A stretch of DNA of 64,000 bases from NCBI GenBank assembly GCA_000934665.2, contig KZ538469.1, positions 1 through 64,000 on the forward strand, written 5' to 3'. Positions 1 to 10,597 of this stretch are shown here, piece by piece. A model generated the notes under the pieces. The model searched no databases. It saw only the letters and a program-made list of their open reading frames with translations, and had not been told where the DNA came from. This DNA is from Catajapyx aquilonaris. Taxonomy: Eukaryota. Position 1 is the stretch's first letter. Each line of letters opens with the position of its first letter. The position numbers and the translations under genes were made by a program.

Positions 1-32
1 CCCAGTCCTCTAGGTTCGCGTGTTGGAATAGC

Positions 33-92
33 ATGTTGGGTCCAAGTTTCCTCGTGGTTGCCATCTTCGCCATTTGCGCCTTCCCGTGTGGT
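33..92 (+). CDS. Probable signal-peptide first exon of the Cys-loop channel gene
   Basis: ATG at 33 gives MLGPSFLVVAIFAICAFPCG, a 20-aa hydrophobic signal-like peptide. It ends at a consensus donor GGT|GTAAGT at 93 and lies upstream of, and on the same strand as, the channel exons. Its connection to exon 773 is unresolved. Confidence 0.55.
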
Positions 93-184
93 GTAAGTGC
101 CAGGATTGGAGGGAAACCAGGAGGAAAACAGAAGTCTATTGTGCCGGACAACTATGCACAAGGTCAGCTCGCTTTTATACTATA

Positions 185-258
185 CAGTTGACTCCGGATA
201 TAACAGCCCTCGGGTGTAACGGCTGTCCCTTGAAGTATGTTATATCCGGATTCAATTG
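185..258. mobile_element. Short MITE, Tc1/mariner (pogo/Tigger-like) type
   Basis: TA-CAGTTGACTCCGGATATAAC ... GTTATATCCGGATTCAATTG-TA: ~20-bp imperfect terminal inverted repeats with TA flanks. A longer relative lies at 52614-52988. Confidence 0.7.
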
Positions 259-772
259 TAATAAGGAAACAGCAGACATCTTTGGACATATGCACAATTT
301 TGTTTTGGATAGTGGTTACCAATAGCGTCCTCGTGTCTTATGCTGGTTGCATAACCTGCATTGGTAGACCCTATTTATATAATTCGCGTGTTGATATCAC
401 TGGAAGTCTGGAACATTATTGCAGTCGCATGCCTCCTAGCCAAAAATAATGCATAGTATTTTGGTATAGGTCAAGGACTCATGTCCATTACGCTGACCTT
501 CCTAACTCAATATTTGAATGGGTTTTACGCGAGATTGTTTCTATGTTGCATGGCACTGTCAGTTAAAAGCGCTTCAGGAAAATGCGTTAAGTCCAGCGTT
601 TCATTGCTGCCGTGTAACTTGTGATAACGCGCTTCATCAACAGGTAACTCCCTACTGAAAGCGGTTCTGAAAGAAAGCGCCCATGTAACTTTTTCCTGAT
701 GGATTTTCCTTGCTCCTGTTCCTAAAAACCTAAAACAGCCAAAATCTATTACAGTATGGAATTTGTTCGTAG

Positions 773-3150
773 ATTCGAGTCCGTCTGAGGATGGATCAAC
801 GCTGATTGAATTTGCTGTGCATGTCATTAACTCTCATCTGCTAAAATCATCCGGTATGGAATTAAGGTAAGCCTCCACATACACTTTCCACATTTTTTGC
901 ATTAAAGTGTGACCTGTCCATCCTTGAATATTTTGGGTCAGATTGGACATGCTTCTGCAGCAAAGTTGGATCGAGCAAAGGTTCCGTGTACCTGACGACT
1001 ACTTTGACCCAGAAGACGAATATTCCGTCCTTCCAACGGAGGTAACTGACAGATTGTGGCTACCTGATCCATATATAACCAACATGAAAACAGCAGGTGT
1101 GTCCGGACTCACGGCTTTTTTTCCTCCATTTTTCCCTTTCATCGCAAGATAATTAAACTCATCTCTTTTTTTTCCCCCTTTCAGAAACTGTTGACATCCC
1201 GCAAAAATTGTCAAACATGGTGCTATACCGAAACAAAACTGTACAGTACACTCTGAGGATGTCTGTAATGGTTGGATGTCCTGTACAGTACAACCATTAT
1301 CCGTTTGACATGTTCGAGTGTAATCTCATCATTGAAAGTTGTACGTGTACATGAAAAGTGTGGAAATAATTTATTTTAATTTTATGTAGCCATACCATAC
1401 ATTTCCTCTTTTTTAAAAATTAAAAATTCTTACAGTCTCGTACAACGAAAAATATATCAAACTGGCATGGAAGGAAGATCCGGTGACCACAGAGGATGAC
1501 CCCAATCCGACCCAGTTCCAGGTCATGCCCATCGAGCACTCAACAGAGGTAGTAAAACGATCCGGAAGCGACGGTAAGAGCTGAGAAGTTTTTAAGCCAG
1601 TGTTTCCCTAATGGCAACTATTAATAGAAACCCATGCTAGCTGTTTTATCTCCCCATGTAATCTCCCTAGTAGTAAAGGATAGATAATGCCGAGCAAGGG
1701 AGGTCGAACTTTTTAAAACTGGAGAAACAGTGGCCAAAAGACACGCTATCTTCAATGCCATTCCTTCTGTCCGTATATTATATATGGGGTGGTGCACTAA
1801 TCCCACATCAAGTATATAATATCACCTAAGCTCTTAACCTTGAACCCGGGCCCCCCACCAAAAAAAACTTCGCCTGCGGCGGGATTGCTCCCCGCCATTA
1901 TTATGTAATTATTATAATCATCTCTCGTATAGTATAAACGAAAAAAAAGTTTCTCTGTGTTCGTATGTCCCGGCTACTTATTAGCCACTTTCAGACTACT
2001 GAGAGTACTGACTCTCTCATTGTATAAATGAGAAAGTTTCTCTGTATGTTTGTACATATAGGTAGAATTGGACCACCCTGTAAAATCCAATGGTAGAAAA
2101 CTAGGGTTTATTGGACTTCGGGTCGATTAACCTCCCGTTGGCTTTTTCAACCGCCCCAAAAAATGCCCAGTTTGTTTTAGCAGGTTGTCATGAGAAGGTC
2201 ACGCTCTCATATAACTTATGCTTCTCTTTTTCTTTTTCTTTGACAGGGAACTTTTCTCGATTGACTCTGAGATTCGGGTTCCGTCGGAACTTTCCTGGAG
2301 GTCAAATGCTCCGGACTTTGCTCCCCAGCGCCCTGGTGGTGGTCTCTAGCTGGGCCGGATTTTGGATCGGATTGGATGTCGTGACTGGACGAGTCTTCTT
2401 GATAGTCACGTGCTTCCTGTCCATTCTAATCCTGGCTATATCCGACTCTGATCCTAATGTCCAAGTACGATCGCAATAACGTTCAATCAACTCGGTGGTG
2501 TCTTGCACCTAAAAGGGAAATTCACTCTGCAATTTTCTGAGGTGTAATTGCTTACTGGGGGGGGCAGTACCAATCATCCATCGACCCGTTAAGTGATTTC
2601 CCTCATTTTGATGCACCTTGCTCACCCGTACTATCTTTCAGATTATGGACATGTGGCTATCCGGTTGCATGGTATTTGTTGCCCTCGCATTGTTGGAGCT
2701 GGTCATCGTAAAAGCGCTGGAAGACCGCCTGAAGGTGGCTCGTAGCGAATGGGATCAAGGAACGTCAGGGCTTTATCCAGTCATTAGAGGACAAGATACG
2801 ATCCTCCCGGTATGGCCACAGTTCAGAAATCTCCTGACTGTTTACCATTTTCATAGTAATTACCTTTATAGAGGTCAACTACACCGTACCCACTGCGCAA
2901 ACCAGGTTATAGACCGCTGCCACCGCCTCAAGGAGATGTTTTGTTGGCGTGGGGACCTGACGTTCTGCAACACCGAGGGAGAGCACAGGGCTGGCTGGCC
3001 CTCGCTTGGTTAGATCCGCAAACTGGCAAAGAAAAACTCCTCTGGAAAGAACTGGATCACAAGTCGCGCCTAATTTTTCCTATACTTTTCGTCATATATG
3101 CAGTAGTATTCTGGCCCCTAGTTGTCCTTCATGGTGGGAAAGGGAGCTAA
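773..3150 (+). CDS. Cys-loop (pentameric) ligand-gated ion channel subunit, divergent member of the GlyR/GluCl/GABA-A anion-channel-like branch
   Basis: Phase-consistent GT-AG exons at 773-866, 942-1096, 1185-1340, 1436-1573, 2247-2464, 2642-2809 and 2872-3150 (TAA). The translation shows loop A WLPD, the Cys-loop C-x13-C (CPVQYNHYPFDMFEC), loop B IESFSY, GNFSRL, M1 (LPSALVVVSSWAGFWI), M2 (TGRVFLIVTCFLSILILA), M3 (MDMWLSGCMVFVALALLE) and M4 (LDHKSRLIFPILFVIYAVVFW). Confidence 0.9.
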
Positions 3151-3291
3151 AATGAGGGTTGCGATGCTTTGGATTTACAATTTTGGTCCCTGAAAAGGTG
3201 ATCTTTTGCTGAAACGGCAACAAAATTCAAGGACGGCTGAGGTAATCTTTTAATACCTATCAAAATTCAATTGCAAAATATATTTGCAGGG

Positions 3292-6200
3292 TCAATCCGA
3301 ATGGTCCACTTCCATCAGGTGTTCCTCTGCCCCTTCTTCTTCTTCATCGTCTTTCGGAGCTTCCCTCTTGGCTCTGTTTTCCCCCATAACTGTCAGGTAC
3401 CTCATGAGGTACTTGTTGTGGTCACAAATGGCACTCAGGTCATCCTGTTTTCTAGTCAGGCTTTTCTGGAGAGTGTGAAGGGTGGGCATTATTGAGATAG
3501 ACTTCCGTTTGAGCCAGTGGCTGTGCTGCACCAGAAGCGTTTGGGCCCATATCAAGTAGAATTCCAGGTGACGAGTCGACTCCAGTTCTGTTCCCAAGTG
3601 GCTCAGCAGCCTCTCAACGTGGTATTCAGGAAGCAAGCGTGACACAAGCTCAATGTTTTTCACTGGTATGGACTCTAACACTTGTTGGATCACTTTCAAT
3701 TCATTCAGTTTCAATGACATCATCAAGGCTGTAAAAAAGTATGTACAAATTAATGTATGACTTATTCTTTGAATAGTGCAAGATCTTACCTTTTCCAAAG
3801 TCGCCCTCTCTCAGGGTCTTTTTGATGGTGTCAGGCGTGATCCCAATTTCAAGTTGATAGGGATCAAACAGCAAGTTGTGATCAAGGGAGTAGATTAGCA
3901 GGCCTTCTGTAGTTGCAGCAGCCCATGCATGACCTAATAAAGATATTGGTGAGATAGTTAATGATCTGCATAGCAAGGTGCTGGTAACTGTAGGCATCAT
4001 GACTTAAAATTAAATCGGTACCAACATAGTGTGTACGACAAAAGTTAGCTTAGATAATTACCATATTTGACGGCATGTAAGCTGCACAGGCATATAAGAG
4101 GCACTCCTATTTGAGCAGGTCATATTCATATAAGATGCGGGGCGATTTTTTGAGCAATTTTTGGGGGGGGCAAAGTGTGTCTTATATGCCGTCAAATATG
4201 GTAGTTCATGGTCACTCCTAACTAGAAGGTTTGGTAAATATCTGTGTAAAAATGACATTTGAACTTTTTTAAGGTGGCTCGTACCTGAAAAATCAATTGA
4301 AAACGAACATAAGCCCTGAATCTGTACTGTAGCAATTTCAAATTGAAACACAGCACAATTATTGAAATAGATTCATCACAAGATTTAAAAATGACCACCT
4401 GTTTCATGTCCCTTTATGCAACATAGTGTCATAACTAGGGACAGCGACATTGGAGTGTACTTCTTGTTACATATGGACTTAAAAATTTTGCTAACAGATG
4501 TGTTTGCATTGTAATGTAAATGGTGAGACAATAAAACAAGGCTTTCACTGCAATTGACATGGTCTTGGATGCATCAATTAGATCAATAATTCCTTCCCAT
4601 TAAGAGCTTGTAAATTGTGCGGTAATCACTCACCTGTAGGCGAGAACCTGAGGCAATGCACTCTAACCTCCGGCTTGAATTTCCTTGCTGCCATGTCTCC
4701 GGCTCTTACGCCTGGTAAGCTAATCCCCGCCTCTGCAGCTTCCCCTTCCGCCCTGGCCTCCACCAGGTCCAGGTTCCCAAATTCACTCATCACCTTTCGT
4801 CTTAGAAAGTCATCCACCGCGTCCATAGACCTGTTCTGGGTGATCTCAAACTTCCTCACTAGCGTCGCCTCTTTTATGCTGTAGATGCACACGTTCTTGG
4901 ACTGACCCCCAGCCAGAATAAAATTCCCGTCAGCTGTGTAGCACAGGGTGGTGAATGCCTTTCCCTGCAGCGTCTTCTTTGCCGAGACCAAATCAGTATC
5001 GGAGCGTCCACTACCCAGATCGTTCCGTCCTTCAATGGAATGCGTCTCGTCTCTAGTCTTGGTATCAAACATGGTTATGTGCCCATCCAATGTGGCCACC
5101 GCTATTTCCAACCCATCTGGACGGTAACACACACACAAACCATCCCCACTCAGGGTCACTGACTCTCGACTGGCTGAACCATCCACAGCATCCCATATGC
5201 GAAGAGTCTTGTCCCAGCTGACAGACACCAGCGAGGAGGAGGTTGGAGAAGGACTGAAGCTGAGGGACGCCACAGGCGCTTCATGTCCAGATAATACTTC
5301 CAGGAGACGACCAGTCCTTACTGACCAGAGGTACACTTCAAAAGAGTCCTGGCTCGATGCAGCAACAAGGTCTCCGCTGTGGTCCACGGACAGAGAGGTG
5401 AATTGGGTAGGTCGCGGGGAGGCAAACGTGCGGAAATTGCGGTACCTGTAAAATGTAAAAATTTGTTGAGGTTACAGTCAAGTTTAGTGAATTCATTGTA
5501 ATGTCCTGTTATCTTGAAACAGTACATGTAAAAGGTACCAGTACGTCTAAAATTGCCTCTAGAGGTAAATAAACAGCAAAAGACGAATGTCACGTCACCT
5601 GCCCATATCAAATGCCCTGACAGTTCCGTCAAGCCCTGCCGACACCACCACCTTTCCACTGTGACTGAACTGCACTGCTGAGATTCCCGATGTGTGGTCT
5701 GTGAAGGTAACAAAGCAGAAACCAGTGGACGTCTTCCACAGTTTGACTTTGCCGTCTCGTCCTCCTGTGGCTAAGCACTGTCCATCTGGTGAATACGCCA
5801 CACAGGTCATGGCATCGTAGTGTCCCTGCTGTTTCAGAACATAAGTCTCGCTCTGCCATTCCCACACCAACAGTTGCCCGAGGGTCACTGACCCAAGGGC
5901 AATCCAATCTCCAGTCAAATTCAGAGCCACGGTGCTGATCAGGTGGTCTGAAACGCTGGAAAATGAAATAGAAAATCAAGCATCTCTACAATGAGGAGCA
6001 CAAAGTTGTTGATAGGCAACACCTACCTCAGGGAATGGATCAAGTTCATATCAGGCATCTCGTGTATGAAGAAAGCACCGTTTGAGAATCCAGACACCAT
6101 TATCCTAGTTTTCTTGTGATAAGCACTTGAAGTCAGAGTTACATCACTCTTTCCTTCAGCCTTGAATGAGTCCAACAGGTAATGCCGTGCAATCCTCCGG

Positions 6201-8885
6201 TACAGGTACTTATTCTGCTTCTTAGCCTCTTCCACTTCTTTCTTCTCCTCCTCTTTATCTGGAATGTCATCCTCCTCATCCTCTTTGTCCTGACGCTTCT
6301 TTACCCTTGATCCTGCAAGCTTCATGTCGTCTGGATTGAGGCTGCATTCCCAGACGCAGACCTGACCGTTGCGTCCAACCGTGTAAAGGTCGTAGTCATC
6401 TGCCTCAAAGTGGCTGCAGACCATGGAGTCCGTGTGGCTTCCAATTGAGTACGTGCCAAAGTTTTCAAACCGTTCCAGAGCATAGAGGCGGGTGGATGTG
6501 TCCTTGGAAGCAACTGACAATATCCTGCCAGAAAATAAGTGTTAATAATTTCAAACCCAAAAATATGTCCATATTAAAAAATTAACAACTGACATATTCA
6601 GTGAAAGGTATAGCATAAGTATGTGGTTTTAAGGAAGCAGGGCAAAACAAGGAGTTGCTAACCTTGAATCGAAGGACCACTCAATATGAACTGTTTCGTC
6701 AAAGGCCCCTTGGAAGACTCGCTCCATCTCGAAGGGATTGAATTCTCGCTCATGGTAGCCAGGCGTCTTGTATACAAACACTCCATTTTCTTTGGTCACA
6801 GCAAAGTGCTTCCCATCCGGACTGAACCTGACACAGTTGATGGCCCGGTTGAATCTGTACTTGTGCACAATGGTGCGGCTCACCAGGCTGATCAGGTGGG
6901 CTTCTCCCTCTGTAACAAATAATCCATAGTTAAACAGTTGCTAATTTGCGGCTTTACATCCAAAATAAAATTCAGTGAAATGTGCCAATAGCAGAATCTA
7001 CTGAAGTGTTTTGTACTGAATGCGTTTTTGTTATAAGCAACAATACATTGGGACCAAACAAAAATTTCAGCTGCATTCAGGGTCTGTTACAGGCAAGCTT
7101 CACTGTATTGAAATACGAGTTCACCAGATGTGGTTGGTTGCGTGCGAGCCAAATCTGAACAAACCTATGGCAAAATGAACAAATTATCATGTTATGACAT
7201 TAATAAGGAAAACTGTACACACAGTTACGAATAGCATCATAAAACAGCCGTAAACGTGTAGAATGCAACAGTAAAAGTAAAATTCCGGAAGTTCCTGGTG
7301 GCTTTGTGTAGTGCTCGAAAGGAGCAGTTCCTTATGCTTATGATTACAGAGGAAATATGCTGACAATACAGGAAAAATTTGCTACAATAAAAATGACCAT
7401 ACCATACCTCAGACATCACATCTCCACCTCCTTAGCAAATAAACTACTTTAATTAAATCTTTGCACAAAATATATTTCCAGCCAGTTAGCAGCGAATGCA
7501 CATCCAATATATGAAAAGTATCTGAACAATATATTTCGCTTCTAGTCAGACAGCATAACTTGTCTGGTAGATGTTATTCTAACCTGATCCCTTGGGGTTC
7601 ATAGGAGGTCAAGCTCAATCCCCCCTGGGACCTGCCTGAGGTTTCCATTAGGCTGTGAAGGCCACATCATCATGAACAACATCTCACAATATTATTTCGT
7701 CGAGATGGTAAACTATCCATGTTTGCCCATCCCTACATGAATTATTTTCAGCCAAATATCAGCACCAAATGTAAGCCCACCAAGAGAAATTTTGTATGAT
7801 GGTTGAAAGTTTTTTTGTTCTCTCTGAAAGCGTACAACCTTGACTTGCACTGTACAGGATGTAGCATGGGTATAACATAGATAAAAACATATTAGTTCTG
7901 GCATTTTCCTCGGCAGTGCATAATATGCTAAAATTGGAAATCTGAATGATAATATTAGTTATTGCGTAATTCACTGATAAAATACAAACATGTACTGTAC
8001 AATACCAAACTGGTAATAACATTTTCAGAAAAGGGGACATTTCAAACCAGCATATTTCAGCATAGTGTGAGAATTTCCTCCAAATATCCTTATTTTTTTC
8101 CACTTAAATTATTAATAATATCGACTGTATCCTGCACACTTATTGTATGTCACACATGCACAGTTTTGAGAAAACATGACTTGAAAGTTTAAGCACCTAT
8201 AGAAATTAATAACAATCCTGAAACGATGATCTTGTTCATGTCGCACAGCAACATGGGAAAGACAAAACCACATTTCTGCAGCTGGTAGGCACAGTGCTGA
8301 GGCATCCCATGGCAGACATATCTCGTTATTGCTTAAAAGTGGACATACAATAAGTGTCCAGGAGGCAGTCGATATATCATCATCACTCCAGTCTACAAAC
8401 AATTATCCGCAAAAAAAAAAAAATGTAACATCATCAAGCATGACTCTGGAACCAAATACGTTACCCTCATTGACCGCCAGCAACAGGCATCCATTGGGTG
8501 AGAGATCGATACTGGTGTAGTTGTACCTGCTTTCCACCGACAGTGTCTCGGACTTGTTGCTGTAAAATAAAAACAATTAGAAACCTATCAAGGTATTAAC
8601 TAACTATGGATGAAATTTTCATCCCACTGATAGTTACTGCTAACTTAGCAGTAACTATCAGTGAGTCGAAAAATTCCACCCTATGCTTTTTACAATACTT
8701 TTTAAGGTCGTAGAAGGAGATCCTGTTTCCAACCGGACTAATGAGAGTGTTGCCATCAGCGGTGAAGACCACATTACCCTTCCGGTACACAGTGCCCAAC
8801 AGGCTTGAGAACTGAAACAATGTCTAATTAGCACATCATTTCATTGAAAAATTAACAAGCTCCAAACCTTGTACGAAAACTTCAT
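3292..8885 (-). CDS. PWP2: Periodic tryptophan protein 2 homolog (WD40 SSU processome component, Utp1)
   Basis: Nine phase-consistent GT-AG exons: 8885-8868, 8811-8699, 8559-8465, 6909-6663, 6524-6027, 5955-5599, 5445-4634, 3933-3790 and 3728-3292. Diagnostic motifs include MKFSYKFSSLLGTVYRKGN, LISPVGNRIS, LGQLLVWEWQSETYVLKQQGH, DGTVRAFD, YRNFRTF, GRLLEVLSGHEAPV, WAAATTEGLLIYSLD and HLEFYLIW. Confidence 0.96.
4061..4201. mobile_element. MITE, Tc1/mariner (pogo/Tigger-like), in a PWP2 intron
   Basis: TA-CCATATTTGACGGCATGTAAG ... CTTATATGCCGTCAAATATGG-TA: 21-bp TIRs with 1 mismatch and TA flanks. A second copy in the opposite orientation lies at 17563-17678. Confidence 0.8.
8118..8375. repeat. 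34-bp inverted repeat pair (MITE-like) in PWP2 intron 3
   Basis: 8118-8151 (ATATCGACTGTATCCTGCACACTTATTGTATGTC) matches the reverse complement of 8342-8375 at 31/34 positions. Confidence 0.65.
8608..8681. repeat. Palindromic element of the GGGTGGAATTTTCGTCCCACTG family, in PWP2 intron 2
   Basis: Near-palindrome GGATGAAATTTTCATCCCACTGATAGTTACTGCTAA / TTAGCAGTAACTATCAGTGAGTCGAAAAATTCCACCC, with TAT on both flanks. Relatives at 27044-27126 and 47078-47460. Confidence 0.7.
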
Positions 8886-9386
8886 TGCTGCAGCTTCAAA
8901 CGACCACGTTTTCATCCAACATGGGCGCCGCCATCTTTAAATATGTGGTAGACTCGCTCTGTGGTTGACGGGCTAGATTCATCCGTAACGATGCTGTCCG
9001 ACGTGCCTACCCTGTATAAAGACTCGCTCCTTTCAATAGCGGTATGTCCGTCCGATAGCAAAAGCGAGCCTATCCCAATCCCGTGACGTCACCCTCCCGT
9101 CACCACCCCCTTTTGTAAGCCCCCCTCCGATTGGCCCTCCCGCATCCCCGCATCGCTCCCCAGCCAATCCCGCCCGCCGTACCAATCCGCCCTACATATC
9201 CATACCGACCCATCACATGACCAGCCTTCCTCCTGCCATCTTTTCCCCTCGAACCATCAGAGACCGATTCATCCTCCGTCTGTCTCCTTCCAAAGTCTGG
9301 TCACAGCCCCCTTCTTGGCCTTTTCCACCCGGTCCACCTTTTCCTCTCTCGAGCTAGACCAAGGGCAGCAGAAAACCAAAGGGAAA
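8886..9386. promoter_or_regulatory. Bidirectional promoter region shared by PWP2 and V-ATPase subunit c
   Basis: There are 501 bp between the divergent ATGs. Motifs: YY1-like CCGCCATCTT (8928-8937), palindromic GTGACGTCAC CRE (9083-9092), four CCAAT/ATTGG boxes (9075, 9130, 9164, 9182), and M-box/CLEAR-like TCACATGAC (9213-9221). Confidence 0.7.
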
Positions 9387-10597
9387 ATGGCAGACGCCAA
9401 TCCAGATATCCCACTCTACACGCCCTTCTTCGGGGTCATGGGAGCCGCATCTGCCATCATTTTCAGTGGTAAGGAACATATTTTTTTTAACCTAACGGGG
9501 GGGATTTAACTGGGGTTGCACCAATTTAACCGGTAGTTAGAAAAAAATGGAGTATATTTGTAGGGCCCTAATAGTACACAAGCGGTACGCTAATAGGGCT
9601 CTAATAGTAGTCTCTAGTAATGAACTAGCAGTGCTCTAATAGTGCACTAATAGTCCACAGTACGCTAATAGCGCCCTAATAGTCCACAGTACGCTAATAG
9701 CGCCCTAATAGTCCACAGTACGCTAATAGCGCCCTAATAGTCCACAGTACACTAATAGGGCCCTAATAGTCCACAGTGCACAAGTAGTGTGCTACCAGGG
9801 TGCTACTAGTGGCCGTAAGAACTTGTAAGAACTAGATGTACAACTGTGCATTTTATGAAAGTATTTTATACAGTACTAATTGCGGCTTAATGAGGCTCAT
9901 ACTGTACCGTAGAATGTAGGTTAAATTGCCCAACATGTGGATGCATTAAACATGAGTGTATTATCATAAGTTAACTGAAATTATGCACACTGTAATGACG
10001 GAAGGTGTTCATCGCATGTGGCAGTAATGCAGTTCGTGAGTCATGAGTGCAGAATTTCAGCGAATGATTCATCTTTGCGAGTACAAAATGTTTAATGTTT
10101 TGGTCCGTCTTTTCGCAGCATTTGGAGCTGCCTATGGGACAGCCAAGTCCGGCACAGGAATTGCGGCCATGTCCGTCATGCGGCCGGAGCTGATTATGAA
10201 GTCTATCATTCCTGTAGTTATGGCTGGTATCATTGCCATCTACGGGCTCGTAGTGGCTGTGCTCATAGCCGGTCAGCTCAACCCGACCGATTACACCTTG
10301 TTCAAGTGAGTAGATTACTTGGATTTAAGGTTGAATGCGCATGAGTCGGATAATTAAATTTGCCTTTTGCTGATCTGTAGGAGCTTCCTGCATCTAGGGG
10401 CAGGCCTAGCGGTAGGCCTTAGCGGCCTGGCTGCTGGCTTTGCGATTGGGATAGTGGGCGACGCTGGGGTGAGGGGTACGGCGCAGCAGCCCCGCCTTTT
10501 CGTGGGGATGATCCTGATCCTCATCTTCGCTGAGGTACTCGGTCTGTACGGTCTCATCGTAGCCATCTATCTCTACTCCAAGTCAACATCATCCTAA
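9387..10597 (+). CDS. Vha16-1: V-type proton ATPase 16 kDa proteolipid subunit c (ATP6V0C/Vha16 ortholog)
   Basis: Exons 9387-9468, 10119-10305 and 10381-10597 give 161 aa. Motifs: [59 protein letters not shown], and [38 protein letters not shown] with the essential proton-carrying Glu. Confidence 0.98.
9565..9812. repeat. 29-bp minisatellite in Vha16 intron 1
   Basis: Unit TAATAGTCCACAGTACGCTAATAGCGCCC with period 29 (TACGCTAATAG at 9661, 9690 and 9719, variant at 9748) and degenerate flanking copies. Confidence 0.9.

Noticed and set aside
1860..2060. Two TCTCTC..GTATAAA..AAAGTTTCTCTGT direct repeats resembling Helitron-type ends
   Set aside because: The duplication is real, but no 3' hairpin/CTRR end could be identified, so the element class cannot be supported.
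4395..4445. Hairpin ending in ACA in a PWP2 intron as a possible H/ACA snoRNA
   Set aside because: The ACA overlaps the stem, and there is no convincing first hairpin or H box.
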